Shown piece after piece: positions 49,501 through 63,779 of a stretch of DNA of 64,000 bases. This DNA comes from Gordius albopunctatus. Its lineage: Eukaryota. The notes beneath the pieces were generated by a model. That model did not search any database and had not been told where the DNA came from. It saw only the letters and a program-made list of their open reading frames with translations. Both the position numbers and the translations under genes were made by a program. Positions within the stretch are counted from its first letter, which is position 1, and each line of letters begins with the position of its first letter. The stretch is taken from NCBI GenBank assembly GCA_964276515.1, contig OZ193910.1, positions 5,518,001 through 5,582,000 of the forward strand. Direction: 5' to 3'.

Positions 49501-52500
49501 CTACAAAATATAGTCCATCTCCTTATTACCTTTTTCCCAATCGGTCGGCCACGCGTTATTATAAACAAGTATTTGGTGTACCCCTCAAAGTATTTAAAAT
49601 TATGCTAGTAATTGTCACCACACAAAACATCGCATTAGTTTGACTCGTGCATAGATGCCTTCGTAATAATTTACATAAATTGCGTAGGAATCAATAGAAA
49701 TCATTAGTATATAATACTTTCGAACTTGCGCCTATTCCTACAGTATAATACCGTATTTACCATTAACGCGTCCATACTCCATATAAAGGAGAAGGGGGCA
49801 AAAAGCCGTTTACGTAAACTTAATTTTCCATAGTAATTGCAAAAAATTAAAAGTAGTTGGAGGGGACAACGAAAAGCGATCCCACCAATTGCATAGCCAT
49901 TAAAAACTTTGAACAAGCCCCAAATTCATATTAAAATGATAGTCTTCTTAATATATATAAAGTCTTCGATAATATTTATAGCCGCCTATAACGTGGGATC
50001 TCTAAAATGGTTGAAAATTAAAGTGGTTAAACAAGATAAAGGCAAGAGATGCCTTAAAGTATTTAGTTAACCTACTTGTTTGATAGTACTCACCAACGTA
50101 AGCTGGACTAAATAAACCGGTGAAATCAATAATTTAGTAACAATCGTGTACCAATATCAACAACACAACACGCTTTTCCAAAATTTAAATCGTAAAACTT
50201 ACTAATTCCTACGACATGATGAAGGAAAATAAGGGTATTAAAGGAGTTAATATTCATTTAAACTCTAAAACGACAAAAGATTCAACAGAAACTTATATTT
50301 AACTTCATTAACCTACCATAATCTTTCTATTTTTTTGCAAGATGTCCTAAGATTTTGAACATATTGTAGGTATTACAACGAATCTAAGCGAATCTGGTGC
50401 AAAATGTAATATGTGCAAAATCTAATAATGTATAATTCGCATTTTAGAAATTGAGACCGGTTTTCACGCATATTCATACGCATGTAATATGTACTAAAAA
50501 ACTACGTAATAAAAGGATACTATAATTGTTAATTGAAACAAAATAAGTTATATCAAAATGTATAATACTATTTTATAAATAAATACATATTATCAAATAA
50601 ATCACTAAATCTAACCCTAACCCTTGCCTATATTACATTTTGCACATATTACATTTTGCACAGAAGTGATCTAAGCACAACTCGAATCTGTCTCTATAAC
50701 CACGACATTTTAGACGTTATGGGTCGATATCTATTGGTAAGCATGCATCATACGAACCTAGGGTTGGGGTAGGACAATAGGACGTCGTACGTTTTGACTT
50801 CCACCGAATCCAAGCCGTGTTCCACCCACTCGTTGTAAACGTAAGCCGCCATCCGCCTCTCACCATCCGTGCCCGCTACGTGCACTTCTTTCGTCAGATG
50901 ACTGCGTTTCAAATGCAAAATTCATCATACACGTTTATAAACTTATTTGAAGTTTATTGCTGCTGCTTTCAATATTTAGTGCAATAATATACGGCAAATT
51001 CTCATGATATTGACATAAAAAAACACTATTTTTATGCAACATGATTAAAAATAGGAGATGAAAAAAATCTTTGGATTTACGGCGATCATTAATGGAATCA
51101 TAAATAGACATCTATGGAGGCCTGAAAATTAAAAATAAGCCATAACGAATTCTGCAAATCAAAAAAATAGTTAATAAAAAAATAGTCTTATATTGGCATT
51201 TAAGCTTTCCCGCCTACAAACAGGATTGTATTTGGTGCCTACCGACCTTAAACTCCAAAAAGTATTAAACGTATATATTAAACTAGATGAACCCGGCAAA
51301 CGTTGTTTTGCCATTTACCCGGGGGGTGTATTAAATTATCTTGGAATTTTAGGGCATATATGATGATAAAGCGGTTATTGAAGTAAAAATAAAGTTTGAT
51401 CATTTTCAAACAAATAGTTAAGGAGTGTCCATGGCCCAGGCCCACCCAAGAGAGAAAACCTGGTCCCATGCCCCCCCCCAAAGGGAAAAATCTTTGGCCC
51501 CCTGGCCCTTCAAGCAATTTTTTATATATTTTTTTGTAATTAAGAAACAATAACATAATTATAATTATTTGTTTCTGAATAAAACTTTTAATTCTGAACT
51601 TAATAATGTCCGAAGAACTGAGATTTATCCAAATTTATTGGCACTTTGTTAAAAGTATTTTCATTTTTCTCCTTATTTAACGCGCAAAAAATGATAAAAT
51701 TCGATTTTTTAATTATTTAGCCACGCAGGAGGAGACACGACCGTCCTATAATAATAATAATTGACGTGAAAAAAAAGCAAAAAAATGATTTTGATTTAAT
51801 GTTTCAAATCGTAAAAAGTTTCCATATTCCGCAGCACATGCCTACATTTATCACACTCGGACAGCCCTGCACGGGCCGCCCGAAGCCCGGGGCAAAATTT
51901 CATAAAATAGTCGGGCCTCGGGCTCGGGTCGGGCCTGATGTGGCGGCCCGACCCGAGGCCCGAGCCCGGCCCGAATTGAAACAAAGCAAATTAATTTTTT
52001 ATAAAATAGGATTTAAATAAATTCAATATCTTGGCACAGTGTACATTATATGGCTCTAAAACTTCAGCTTTTTCCCCTTGTCTGTTATAATATAACTGAC
52101 CTGAAATGCAAATCTTATTCCATTATTTAAATAGATTCATAGAAGTTACAACTTTAGAAATAAGATGAGTAAATATTTCAAAAAGTTTTTTATTTGAAAC
52201 TATAAAAAATACATTTTATAAATTTAAATTTTTAGCTTTAAATTATTAGCTGAATATATTTTAACGAGTGGAAATGCATTTTTTGTTTCAAACTTATTCT
52301 AGTTGTAAATTACGAGTAATAACAATCCAATGCATTTTATATTTAGATGGAGAAAAATTTTTGAAAAAATGGTGAAAAAATTTTGAAAAATATAATTTTT
52401 CGAAAATTTTATTTGAAAAATCGGGTCGGGCCAAAAATAAAAGTCTTTTGGGCTCGGGCAAAATAAAAATTGAAAAGTCGGGCTCGGGCAGAAGAAATTT

Positions 52501-55500
52501 CATTTTGCAGGGCTCTAATAACACTACACTACCTACTCGCATGCCATGCACACACATAGTTTCATTTAAATAGGCGTTTGATTGACGGTTTATTAAACGG
52601 CAAAACATATAAAACAAACTAACTCAAAAACTACTGGACCGAATTGGCTCGAACATATCTTAAAACATGCTCCGGAGTGTGGGCAATAAACTGTAAAATT
52701 TTGAGCCAAATCGGCCTGGTAGTTTTCCAAAATTTGTGGCGGCATACACACACACATAGTTTCATTTTTATATATAAGATTTTATATATTAGGAGGACTG
52801 TCAAAGTAAGTACAATAAACGAAAAGTGTAAGGAAAAACAACTCAACACGATATCTAATCAATGGTGTAGGCATAAAACACCCAGCCTCGAAACCAATAA
52901 AGCATTCAACTTACATATAACCTAGGCTAGGTATCATCTAATTGATCTAAGGCTAAAGAATGCCAAAAGTTCACCTTCACAAAATATGTAATTTATTGAT
53001 AAAAATAATGAATGATTAAAAGTAAAACTTGAATTTATATTATGGTTATTAGGCAAAAAGTATTTCCCTAATAATTGTCAAGTTTGATTGAAGCCTAAAA
53101 ATTAACAAAGGCAAACTAACTAACTGCTGATTATATTTTACCGACCAATTGAGCTGGCTCCAGCCTAACATGGGAAAAATCTGTGAAGTGCAAAGGGACA
53201 AATTCAAATAGATTAGGAAGTAATAATGAATTAATCCCTTCTCGTTACATCATAATGCATGAGGAGTATATAGACGTGGAATAGGTGTGGGTGGACCACA
53301 GATGACAACACTGTCTGGCAGCCGCCATTTAAAGAGAAAATCGATTATTGATAATACTGCGTTATTCATTCTTGATAGAGGAGGAGGGCTAATTAAAAGT
53401 CGATGGTAATAGTAATATGAATTTGTCTCGTAACCCCACCACATATATTTCGTGATGCAAGTGGGCGACTCTGGTCACGATGAGTTTAGAGTCTAAACTT
53501 TAGACCAATCAAATTCTGTTTTTACAGAAATATGGGCCTGTTGTCATTTTGACACATTTTTATTTGCAAACATATTTATTTTTATAACAAATGACTTTTT
53601 ATTGATTAGTCGTCGTAATATAAAACAGCTTAAAATACTGTGACAACACAAAGGGCACTCGATCTTGTACAGGAAACTTTCTCCTATCCATTGTGATAGG
53701 GAAATTCGGTCACTTTCATAAAAAACAATTCTATTTTTCCTAATGAACATTTTCCATTTTAAAATTTTTTGTAACAAGTTATGACCCGGCCTCCCTATTT
53801 TAAAAAAACAGGGTCAAAGCATATATTGAGAATGTGAAAGCTTTAAAAACATTTACAGTCTCGCATGGGCAATTTGAATTTAATCATCTTTATTTAGGGT
53901 AAGCATAAAACCACTTAACCTATGATGTGAATGCTCATCATTCGTATATATTAAAAATCGATATGGCAAAGAGGTATCATTCTAGATTTGTCATGATAAG
54001 GGGTCTCTTTGACTCCCTCCTATTCCCATTAAACTAATACATCGCGCCCTGACACATTTGAAACACACTAAAGCCGCCCGAAAGTTATGGGCTGACCTCA
54101 ATCCCACTTCTCATTTCGATTGGCAAACCATGTTTAATAAATTGGTGGTTTCCTTTTTATATATACTTACATCCCTGCAGGGGCCTTCCGTTAAATATAG
54201 TCGAGCCTTGAGCCTGATGGGGCAGCTCGAGCCCCACAATATAATTTATAATATGCATGACCCATAACGTTTAGGCGAATCCTACTTTCGAAAATTATTG
54301 TACCATGTAGAAAAATCCATCTCGAAGAAATCAAAATAAATGAACAACATGAAATAATCACCAAAAAGGTAACTTAGCCAACAAATTTGACGAGTAGATT
54401 ATAGCAACTCGGACAAGTGGTGACAAGAGTGGCTCAATTTCCCCACTCTTATAGATGGGGAATGCGGGACGAATACAGAATCAACAGACGCGATAATATT
54501 GAAGGCGCATTAAAAACTCGGGCCTTCGGCCCTCGTGGGAAGGGGGAAGGGGAGGGAAGGGGGAAGGGGAGGAGGGGAAGGAAGGGGGAACTCATCTACA
54601 CTCCGTATAAATGTATCATATTTGCTATGCAATTTATGGAAATACTTACGTGAATATTGCAAAACGAAGGTTGGAAGCACTAAATAAGTGTATATGCCAA
54701 ATATCATAAAGGGGGAGAGAGGGAGCGAAGGGGAAGCTTTATGGTTAGTTAAATTCTACGGGAGTTGTATTACCAAAAAGTCATAATAGCAATGGTAGGA
54801 ACAGGAACAATCATAATAGTCAAAAAAAACGAAAAAAAAATTTTCGAATCACATTTTGGCCAAAGGTCATTTTTTCCATTGGTCAGCAGCCAGGACACGG
54901 TAAAAGTGGATATAAATTCATAATAGTCAAAAAAAACGAAAAAAAAGTTTTCGAATCACATTTTGGCCAATGGTTATTTTATTCCATTGGTCAGCAGCCA
55001 GCGGACGGCCAAAAAGTCATAATAGCAATGGTAGGAACAGGAACAATCATAATAGTCAAAAAAAACGGAAAAAATAATTTCGATTCACATTTTGGCCAAT
55101 GGTCATTTTTTTCCATTGGTCAGCAGCCAGGACACGGTAAAAGTGGATATAAATTCATAACAGTCAAAAAAAAACGAAAAAAAAATTTTCGAATCACATT
55201 TTGGCCAATGGTCATTTTATTCCATTGGTCAGCAGCCAGCGGACGGCCAAAAAGTCATAATAGCAATGGTAGGAACAGGAACAATCATAATAGTCAAAAA
55301 AAACGAAAAAAAAATTTTCGAATCACATTTTGGCCAAAGGTCATTTTTTCCATTGGTCAGCAGCCAGGACACGGTAAAAGTGGATATAAATTCATAATAG
55401 TCAAAAAAAACGAAAAAAAAGTTTTCGAATCACATTTTGGCCAATGATTATTTAATTCCATTGGTCAGCAGCCAGCGGACGGCCAAAAAGTCATAATAGC

Positions 55501-58500
55501 AATGGTAGGAACAGGAACAATCATAATAGTCAAAAAAAACGGAAAAAATAATTTCGATTCACATTTTGGCCAATGGTCATTTTTTTCCATTGGTCAGCAG
55601 CCAGGACACGGTAAAAGTGGATATAAATTCATAACAGTCAAAAAAAAACGAAAAAAAAATTTTCGAATCACATTTTGGCCAATGGTTATTTTATTCCATT
55701 GGTCAGCAGCCAGCGGACGGCCAAAAAGTCATAATAGCAATGGTAGGAACAGGAACAATCATAATAGTCAAAAAAAACGAAAAATAAACTCGGATACACA
55801 TTTTGGCCAATGGTCATTTTTTTCATTGATCAGCAGCCAGCGGACGGCCAAAAAGTCTTATTATCATTGATAGTAACAAGAACAATCATAAGAGTCAAAA
55901 AAACTCCGGGATTCTAACCCAAAAACTAGATAAATTGCATAGCAATTATTAAAAAGTATAGGGTAATTATCAATGTTAACCTATTCAAAAACGAACAAAA
56001 AATTTTGATTTATTTGGCCAATGGTAATTTTTTTCAATTATCAATGTTAACTTATTCAAAAAGGAAAAACGAAAAATTAGGATTTATTTGGCCAATGTTC
56101 ATTTTTTCATTGGTCAGTAGCCAGCGGACGGTCAAAAAGTCATATTATCAATGGTATTAACAAGAACAAAATATTAAATTAATTAAAAAAATAAAAATTT
56201 TGCCCTCTCCGGGATTCGAACCCACATTAAATAGAGGCATAAGCCTTTGGAGGGGAACAGGGAACCATATAAATAGAGCCATAGGCCCTTGTAGGGGAGG
56301 GCATAGGGTAATTATCAATGTTAAACTATTCAAAAACGAAAAATTAAAAATTTCGATTTATCTGGCAAGTGGTCATTTTTTCATTGGTCAGTAGCCTGCG
56401 GACGGTCAAAAATTCATATTATCAATGGTATTAACAAGAACAATATATTAATTTAATTTAAAAAAAAATAAAAATTTTTGTCCTCTCCGGGTCTCGAACC
56501 ATCAATTTAGAACGTTCGCCGGGATTCAAACCCACATTAAATAGAGGCATAAGCCTTTGGAGGGGAACAGGGAACCATATAAATAGAGCCATAGGCCCTT
56601 GTAGGGGACGGCATAGGGTAATTATCAATGTTAAACTATTCAAAAACGAAAAATTAAAAATTTCGATTTATCTGGCCAGTGGTCATTTTTTCATTGGTCA
56701 GTAGCCTGCGGACGGTCAAAAAGTCATATTATCAATGGTATTAACAAGAAAAAAATATTAATTTAATTAAAAAAAAAAAAAAATTTTGTCCTCTCCGGGT
56801 CTCGAACCCGCAACCTCCAGGTCGGGAAGCTGGTGTAAATAACTTGGTAGACGGACGGACGGACGGGAACCCACATTAAATAGAGGCATAAGCCTTTGGA
56901 GGGGAACAGGGAACCATATAAATAGAGCCATAGGCCCTTGTAGGGGAGGGCATAGGGTAATTATCAATGTTAAACTATTCAAAAACGAAAAATTAAAAAT
57001 TTCGATTTATCTGGCAAGTGGTCATTTTTTCATTGGTCAGTAGCCTGCGGACGGTCAAAAATTCATATTATCAATGGTATTAACAAGAACAATATATTAA
57101 TTTAATTTAAAAAAAAATAAAAAATTTTGTCCTCTCCGGGTTTCGAACCATCAATTTAGAACGTTCGCCGGGATTCAAACCCACATTAAATAGAGGCATA
57201 AGCCTTTGGAGGGGAACAGGGAACCATATAAATAGAGCCATAGGCCCTTGTAGGGGACGGCATAGGGTAATTATCAATGTTAAACTATTCAAAAACGAAA
57301 AATTAAAAATTTCGATTTATCTGGCCAGTGGTCATTTTTTCATTGGTCAGTAGCCTGCGGACGGTCAAAAAGTCATATTATCAATGGTATTAACAAGAAA
57401 AAAATATTAATTTAATTAAAAAAAAAAAAAAAATTTTGTCCTCTCCGGGTCTCGAACCCGCAACCTCCAGGTCGGGAAGCTGGTGTAAATAACTTGGTAG
57501 ACGGACGGACGGACGGACGGACGGACAACCAAAAACGAGCCCATAAATTGCATAGCAATTAAAAAACGTCAGAGTGTATACTATAAACTACTCATATTGC
57601 AACTTTGCATTTAATTTTATCATATCGTAGGCTAATTTCGGCTATTAAGAATTACTCATGTCGTGATTAATTAAAGTTGCCACTGGCTATTTGGTGAATG
57701 CATGGATTGCCTCTTCTAAAAAAATTCGCAAATGAATTTTTTTAATATTAAATTTTAATTAACATCTATACAACGTTTTAAATTGCATATTTTAAAGTAA
57801 AAATTATTACCCCGATTTTAGGGCTTGTCTTAATATCGGATTTTGCTGCGCAGCAAAAATCGTCATACGGGTTATAACATAGCCGTGTCTAAACTTGGAA
57901 TTCACAGCAGATTTTCATTTCGGACGCATAATAAAAGAGCGATTAATCTCAAGAGTTGAAAGAAATAAAAAAAGGGATTTAAATATCAAAAAACAAAATA
58001 TTAATAATTAAAACCGAGTCTGACACATGAAATTGAATCGTATATTTGATAAAGATGAATTCGCGCCATATGAATCTGAATCCGATATTAAGACAAGCCC
58101 TTAGACAAAAGGATTCCACGGTTTATACTAAAAAAGTCATTACAAGCTTAGGGACAAAGAATCCACATGAGACCATAACTTAGATTACATCTTTTATCGG
58201 GCCCAATTTTCGAACCGTTTGAATTCTTTTTCTTCATAAACTAGTGTTTACAATGGGCCACGATATTTTTTAGTTGAAGCCATCATATAAACTTTTCCTT
58301 AAAACATGTAAGTAAAGGCTATACACTTAATTGAATAACGAAATATGCAATTTTGGGCGCTTCGTTTCATGTATTATATCAAAAAAGAAGTGGTCCTTGG
58401 GATAATTTATTCGCTCTGTTTTATATTAGTCTTCCTCCATCATGGTACAAATCTATTTTATTATGTTTCGTATAGGGCTTCATATAGAAGACTTGACAAA

Positions 58501-60189
58501 TAATCTTGTTCGTCGTACTTTAGAAAGTATCTTTGTTAAATAAAACGCGATACCCACAGTCTTAATAACATTTTAATTAGCGACGAACGGCCGCCACCTA
58601 CCGATGAGAGGGAAGGGGTAAATAAACCCCCAAACCAATTATAGTTTAAAAACATTTAATCATTCATTTCTACCCACGTATTTTGGTTAATTTTGGTTTA
58701 AAGAGTGAAAGGGAAAAGGGGAAAGTAAGCTAACCTGTACTAAGTGCGGGCAGAAGGAGCTCAGTCTCGTCGGTACTTAGTGTTAGTATTATACATACAC
58801 CACTAAATGCACGTACGTGTTTTCTTATTTACGACATAAATGAGCGCGACAAGTTGAGAATAATAAAATTGAGGTGGGTGCAGCAAAGCAAAGCTCTCTC
58901 ACCCTCGTTCTTCGTTGTATTTAACGCTTCAGTGAAAAATGTTTCAAGGCAAAAAAATGTATGCTGCTGAGGAGATAAAGAGAGAGGTAACAAATATAAA
59001 CGTGCGGTGTGGCGAGTGGGGGGCGGGTAGAATTACACATGTCATCATTGCGTGTTTTGTTGTTTGGCAGTCCAACAACATAAACAAGCATCACTTGAAT
59101 AAAGGACGAGGAGAATGGGTAATTTAAGAACTTGCAATATCTGAACTGAATGTTACCCAAATATTTACAACACTTAACCTTTTAGTTTTAGATTATTTCA
59201 TTCATCCACTCAAAATTTGTGTTTGTAAATATAAATAAACTTCTATAACATTTAAAAAATTGGTAGATAAAGCTTTTCTTAGATGCTATCAACAGTATAT
59301 ATTTCATATTCAAGATCAGTATTAAAATTTGCTTGTGTGATATTTGAATGTAAAAATTATCAAACTCTATAAAATTAAAATTATCCAAGGGGTAGCAGAA
59401 CATAATATATGAGGCCAAAAGCTAATTAGTATTAATTGTTAAATATTCCATACAATAAAATTACTATTTAAAAAATTAAAATGCAGTTGATAAACAAATA
59501 ATAAAATTAGAAAAAGCAGTTTACAATATAAAAAAAAAACAGTTTTTAGGTAAAGAAAAATTATAATATCAACCATTAACTTCAATTATCATAATTAAGA
59601 GATTTTCACATATATAAATCCTCAATTGTTTTATTTATTAGAGCCTTAAATTTGTAAATAAAATCAATAACAATTAATATAGTCATATGCGTGTTAGTTG
59701 AAATATAGATAATCAAAAAGTATATACAAGATTTAGACTTTCGTTCCCAAAAAATAAAAGGTCAATAATTTTTTTATGGATTTGATGTGTTATATTTTAC
59801 ACTTAACATAAAATTAATATATATTGTAATAATCAATAAATATAAAGAAAAAGAGCTTACTTTAAGTAATTACCAATACTAGTAGCATTAATGGTTGCAA
59901 GAATTTCATCTGTGATCTTATCATGGGCTTCAGATGTTAATTTTAATAAGGTGTCACTATAGCAATGATCTTCAGGATGATGAACGACATGACCAAAATA
60001 ACCGATAAGCACACCGAAACCAATGCTCAAAACAATTGATGTAGCCAATACAGAAAAGACATTGCTCCGTGGAATCATCTTCTTAAAACTAGGACCATAT
60101 ACCCTCACTCTTCCATTAAAATCTTCAGGCCATGATTCCATTTCGGTATCAGCAATAGGATCATTCTCATGCTGCTTGTAAGCAGTCAT
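40553..60189 (-). CDS. Glutamate carboxypeptidase II / NAALADase (M28B, type II membrane), multi-exon gene (span includes introns)
   Basis: N-terminal TM ([14 protein letters not shown]); [116 protein letters not shown]1/NAALAD2 family; the exact orthologue cannot be resolved. Confidence 0.93.
42700..43447. mobile_element. Fold-back MITE flanked by TTAA (piggyBac-like)
   Basis: ~300-bp near-perfect inverted arms plus further inner inverted segments; ttaa|cc...gg|ttaa ends. Confidence 0.8.
50397..50661. mobile_element. MITE-like element
   Basis: Inverted repeats gtgcaaaatgtaatatgtgcaaaat / attttgcacatattacattttgcac. Confidence 0.6.
51283..52794 (-). mobile_element. Non-autonomous Helitron with a nested MITE
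   Basis: Minus-strand 5' TCCTAATATATAAAATCTTATATATAAAAATGAAACTAT(GT)n, shared with the copy at 63780; 3' hairpin (ggcaaaacaacgtttgcc) followed by CTAG. Confidence 0.7.
51860..52517. mobile_element. hAT-like MITE nested in the Helitron
   Basis: Ends agccctgca / tgcagggct with GC-rich subterminal cccga/tcggg repeats; TSD imperfect. Confidence 0.45.
54517..57560 (-). mobile_element. Helentron/DINE-1-like non-autonomous element with expanded central tandem repeats
   Basis: Subterminal inverted repeats ttgctatgcaatttatgg (54622) / ccataaattgcatagcaa (57541); 5' hairpin; (GTCC)n microsatellite on the minus strand; 3' stem-loop gggccttcggccc next to an A/T run; internal arrays. Confidence 0.75.
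54775..57530. repeat. Complex tandem arrays: ~237-bp dimeric unit, then alternating ~310/340-bp units
   Basis: Recurrent core ttttcattggtcag(c/t)agcc..gcggacgg(c/t)caaaaagtcat; periodicity ~237/474 over 54775-55900 and ~650 over 56200-57530. Confidence 0.9.
57821..58100. mobile_element. PIF/Harbinger-type MITE, copy 2
   Basis: TIR gggcttgtcttaatatcggatt; TSD TTA; near-identical to 16354-16633. Confidence 0.87.
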
Positions 60190-61949
60190 TTTTAGTCTTG
60201 TATTTTATAAAAATTAAAATAAATTTAAATTTTTAAATATCAATGCCATGAATGCATGTCTTCAGCAGATAAACCCAAAATTTGGAAGAAAAATGTGTAG
60301 CAAGTCTAAAATGTAGTAAATTTTAAAAACTAAGATTGAGGTATTATAAATGTGCTCACAATCTTGTAAGATAGTCTGTTAGTTATTAATTAATTAGGAT
60401 ATAAAGGAAATTTAATAGGTAAGAAATTTAAAGGTAAACGATTCTAGATCATTGCAGTATATTTGTTAATATTTATGATAACGCTTGATTAGATAAACAT
60501 ATAATAATAATAAATATTATAATTGGGCAAAAAATGTAAATTAAAAGAATATAAAAGCCAGGGCCTACCTTTAACTTTTAACATTTTCTAATTAAAGACT
60601 TTACTTAATTAAAAATTTGTTTCTAAGATTTTAGAGTAAATAGAAGAGAATTCCCAAAATTATAGACAAATGTTTTTCAATTAATTTTTGTTTGATTAGT
60701 CAACATTTATCTACTCTCAACTAGCAACAATATTAAGTAGAAACACTTATTATAACTACTTCAGCATTAGAGACAACATAGGATGACAAAATAGCTAAGG
60801 TAATTCAGATGGTTAGTACAAATTGTTTAATTTATAAATTTGTTATAGGTCTGACTAATGATTTATATTCGTGAAGGAAGAGAATTTAATTAGATCTTCA
60901 AAAGCATTACTTTTAAAGGGTCTTTGTGCCCTAGATCAGAACCTCTTGTTACAATTCGAAACTCTTTGTTTCTTTCTATAAAAAATACGAAGATTTACGA
61001 ATGTAATTATTTCCAAATTTTACTATTTATTTGCTTCAACCAATAACTATTATGAACCCATTCGTGTTTCCAAAATTCCAAAAATAGTATATAGGAATAT
61101 CATTTGCAATATTTATAACTCAAGGGTTTTATACTCATGTTAATTTTTATGGATAAACAATGGGGGGGGGACATTATGACTTCTATAATGATCTCCTGCT
61201 CATTCTTAGACATACTTGTATTAAATGATCGGTAGAGGGGCAAAGAATAAATCCTATGGAGTGCAAATATGCAAACGCGTTATAAAACATGTTGCACATT
61301 CAGTTTATTTTTTAAGGTTAATGGTTTGCCATTTTGATTTATATAATGAGTTAAATAAAAAGGAGGAAAAATTAATGTACGATGATACTTTTTACAAAAT
61401 AGACGTTAGTCGAGAAATTTTGTCGTGATAAAATCGAGATTTTTTCTAGGCCGGGAAGAGAACTGGAATCTCATAAGCGTAACTTAGACTAGACGAGATT
61501 TTGCTTTTAAGATCGCCCTTATGTTTAGATTTCTCTCATTCAATGAATAGTAACTTCACTTGCAATATAACTGAATTTTTTACATACGGCAGATTAACCA
61601 ATGCTACATCTAACATGGTAATTTCATTATATTCCTAAAACTATAAATGGAATTGCACTTTTTCTATTAATAATAATGTGGCATATTTTTTATATTCGAA
61701 CATTTCTTCCAAATTAATGTGTATAGTGTGGTGTTCCCCTCGCTGACTTATTTTTACTCATCTATTTTTTTGGTCCCTATTACTCAAAAACGTTTACTCT
61801 AGAAATGTGCCACGTAATCGGGTTGTTATAAAATCGCTAATTAAACGCGACGTGCACATAAAATACTAGCAGATTTGTTTTTGTTTATTCCCCCCCCCAC
61901 ACACACATACACTTATAGTTAGTGATTCGCGTAAATTGTAATGAATCTT

Positions 61950-62317
61950 CTTCTTTCTTTCTTTATCAGTTATTTTGTCCCACATTGGCGGGGTTTGTTT
62001 TGATAAGTTTCTTCCATCTTTACCGGGTGAGTGCCATGTCTTGACTAATCTCTTTAGTTTCCATAACTTTATCGACTTGCCCTTTCCACGTGACACGGGG
62101 TCGTCCCTCTTCCTCTCTTCCCCGGTACCTCCATGTCCAATACTTTTCTATTTACGTCATCCGTATCCCTCCTTAGTATATGACCATACCACCTTAGCCG
62201 ATTTTCGTTAATCACGTCCGCCATAGATTGAATACCCATTTTTGTCATAAAAATGTCATTCGTCATATGGTCGAGCTTAGTATACTCCAAGCTCCACCGT
62301 ATCATTCTCATGGTCAA
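61950..62317 (-). mobile_element. RTE-like LINE 3' fragment
   Basis: MRMIRW....KLDHMTN...RLRWYGHILRR...PGKRGRG is typical of the RTE C-terminus. Confidence 0.75.
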
Positions 62318-62329
62318 ATTCTACTCTTG

Positions 62330-63069
62330 CTCGGTGATATGGCGCTCACGTCAACTGACGCTCCAGACGCGTTTGAGGATTTTCAAAGTCACGTTCCTAC
62401 CAATCCTCCTATACGGTTGCGAATCTTGGTCGCTGAAGGCTCCTAGCTTAAAGAAACTGCAAGTCAGTCTTAATAAAATGCTACGTATCGTTTGCCGGAT
62501 ATTTTATCCGTTGAGAATAACCAACGAGGATCTATGGGTGCGTTGCAAAATCGCTCCAATTAAAAATATTCTACTCGCGAGAAAATGGGGTTTTTTGGCT
62601 CATCAAGTGCGGAGGAAGGGAACCAACTACTGTCTATCTTCCCTGTTCTGGTGTCCACCTCAGCTAAAAGGTCGCAAATGCAATGGCAGCTGGCTTTACA
62701 AGGTGTTCCGCGATGTCCAAACAATGGTCCATGATTGGAATTCATTGCTGCCCATCATGCAAGACAGGAAACGTTGGAAAGACTTCTCAAAGAACAAATT
62801 ATTACGGCTCCCCCAGTAAGGATCTTCTCACACACTATTCATTTACGACCTTGCATTAAAGGCTTTACATTACTTTCAAGTCAACAGGTATTACATATTT
62901 ACATGTCATAATTACACTGCATGTTAATCATTTTTTTACAGCCTACTTACACACGTTATCACTAACGTGGCCTGATGCGCCATTTGGCGTTAGAAGGGGC
63001 TCAACCTTATATTGCACTAACTAAGCTCTTGGGCGTCTTCGCGGCAAACTTACTTACTTACTTACTTAC
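62330..63069 (+). mobile_element. 5'-truncated RTE-like LINE with (CTTA)n tail
   Basis: TRLRIFKVTFLPILLYGCESW...LRIVCRIFYPLRITNEDL...W..LAH..R...QDRKRW; tandem ttac repeats at 63049-63069. Confidence 0.8.
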
Positions 63070-63779
63070 ATATTTTAAAAATGTCCATAATCAACACAAG
63101 ATTATATCACTATATAAATAAAATTGTAAAACCTTTAGTAAAAATTTAATTCTTATTTTATAATGCCTGGAAATCGGCTTATGTGCGTGTTATTGGAAAA
63201 GGGCTTAGACATGATTTAGACGACACTTAACTTATAGAACTCGACATAAACAACACATTAAAGTATCACACCACTCACATGGCATCAAAAGATTTAATCC
63301 CCATTATGGTAATTTTTAAAATCTCTGAGGCAGAAGTAGGATTTCAATCGGACAAAAAATTATAATGTATTTTATGAAAGACAAAATCATTATTTTTAAA
63401 ATTTTAAACTTTTTTTATTAAATAAAACTTTTGAAGATAAAGGCATATTCTTCTATAAAAATCAAATAATCATTAAATTTCCGGAAGTTAATGTGCAAAA
63501 ATGGCAAATATATTAATTAAATTTAAATCTTAAATATTTTACCTGAGGAACTTATACGTTAGCTTTTGCTTTAAGTTTGTAATGAAACTGTATTCCAATA
63601 CTTTTCTAAATACTTTATGCTATGCTGTGCTATAAGTAATAGCAATACATTACTCTAACTATCCCATCGCAACTAACATAAAAGACTCAGGAGAAGATAG
63701 ACTTAAGTTGATTTAAATACAACCACGCACAGTCACACCACATCGCGCACAAAGCAAAAACTTTACAAAATAGCGGTAA

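Noticed and set aside
50609..50624. Telomeric repeat (ctaaccctaaccct)
   Set aside because: Only about two units, inside a MITE.
56790..56840. tRNA gene
   Set aside because: Only a T-arm/B-box-like segment inside a repeat unit; no complete cloverleaf seen.
54775..57530. CRISPR-like array, or ORFs at 55028-55870 and 56200-57292
   Set aside because: Units repeat in full with no unique spacers, there are no cas genes and the context is eukaryotic; the ORFs are by-products of the repeat.
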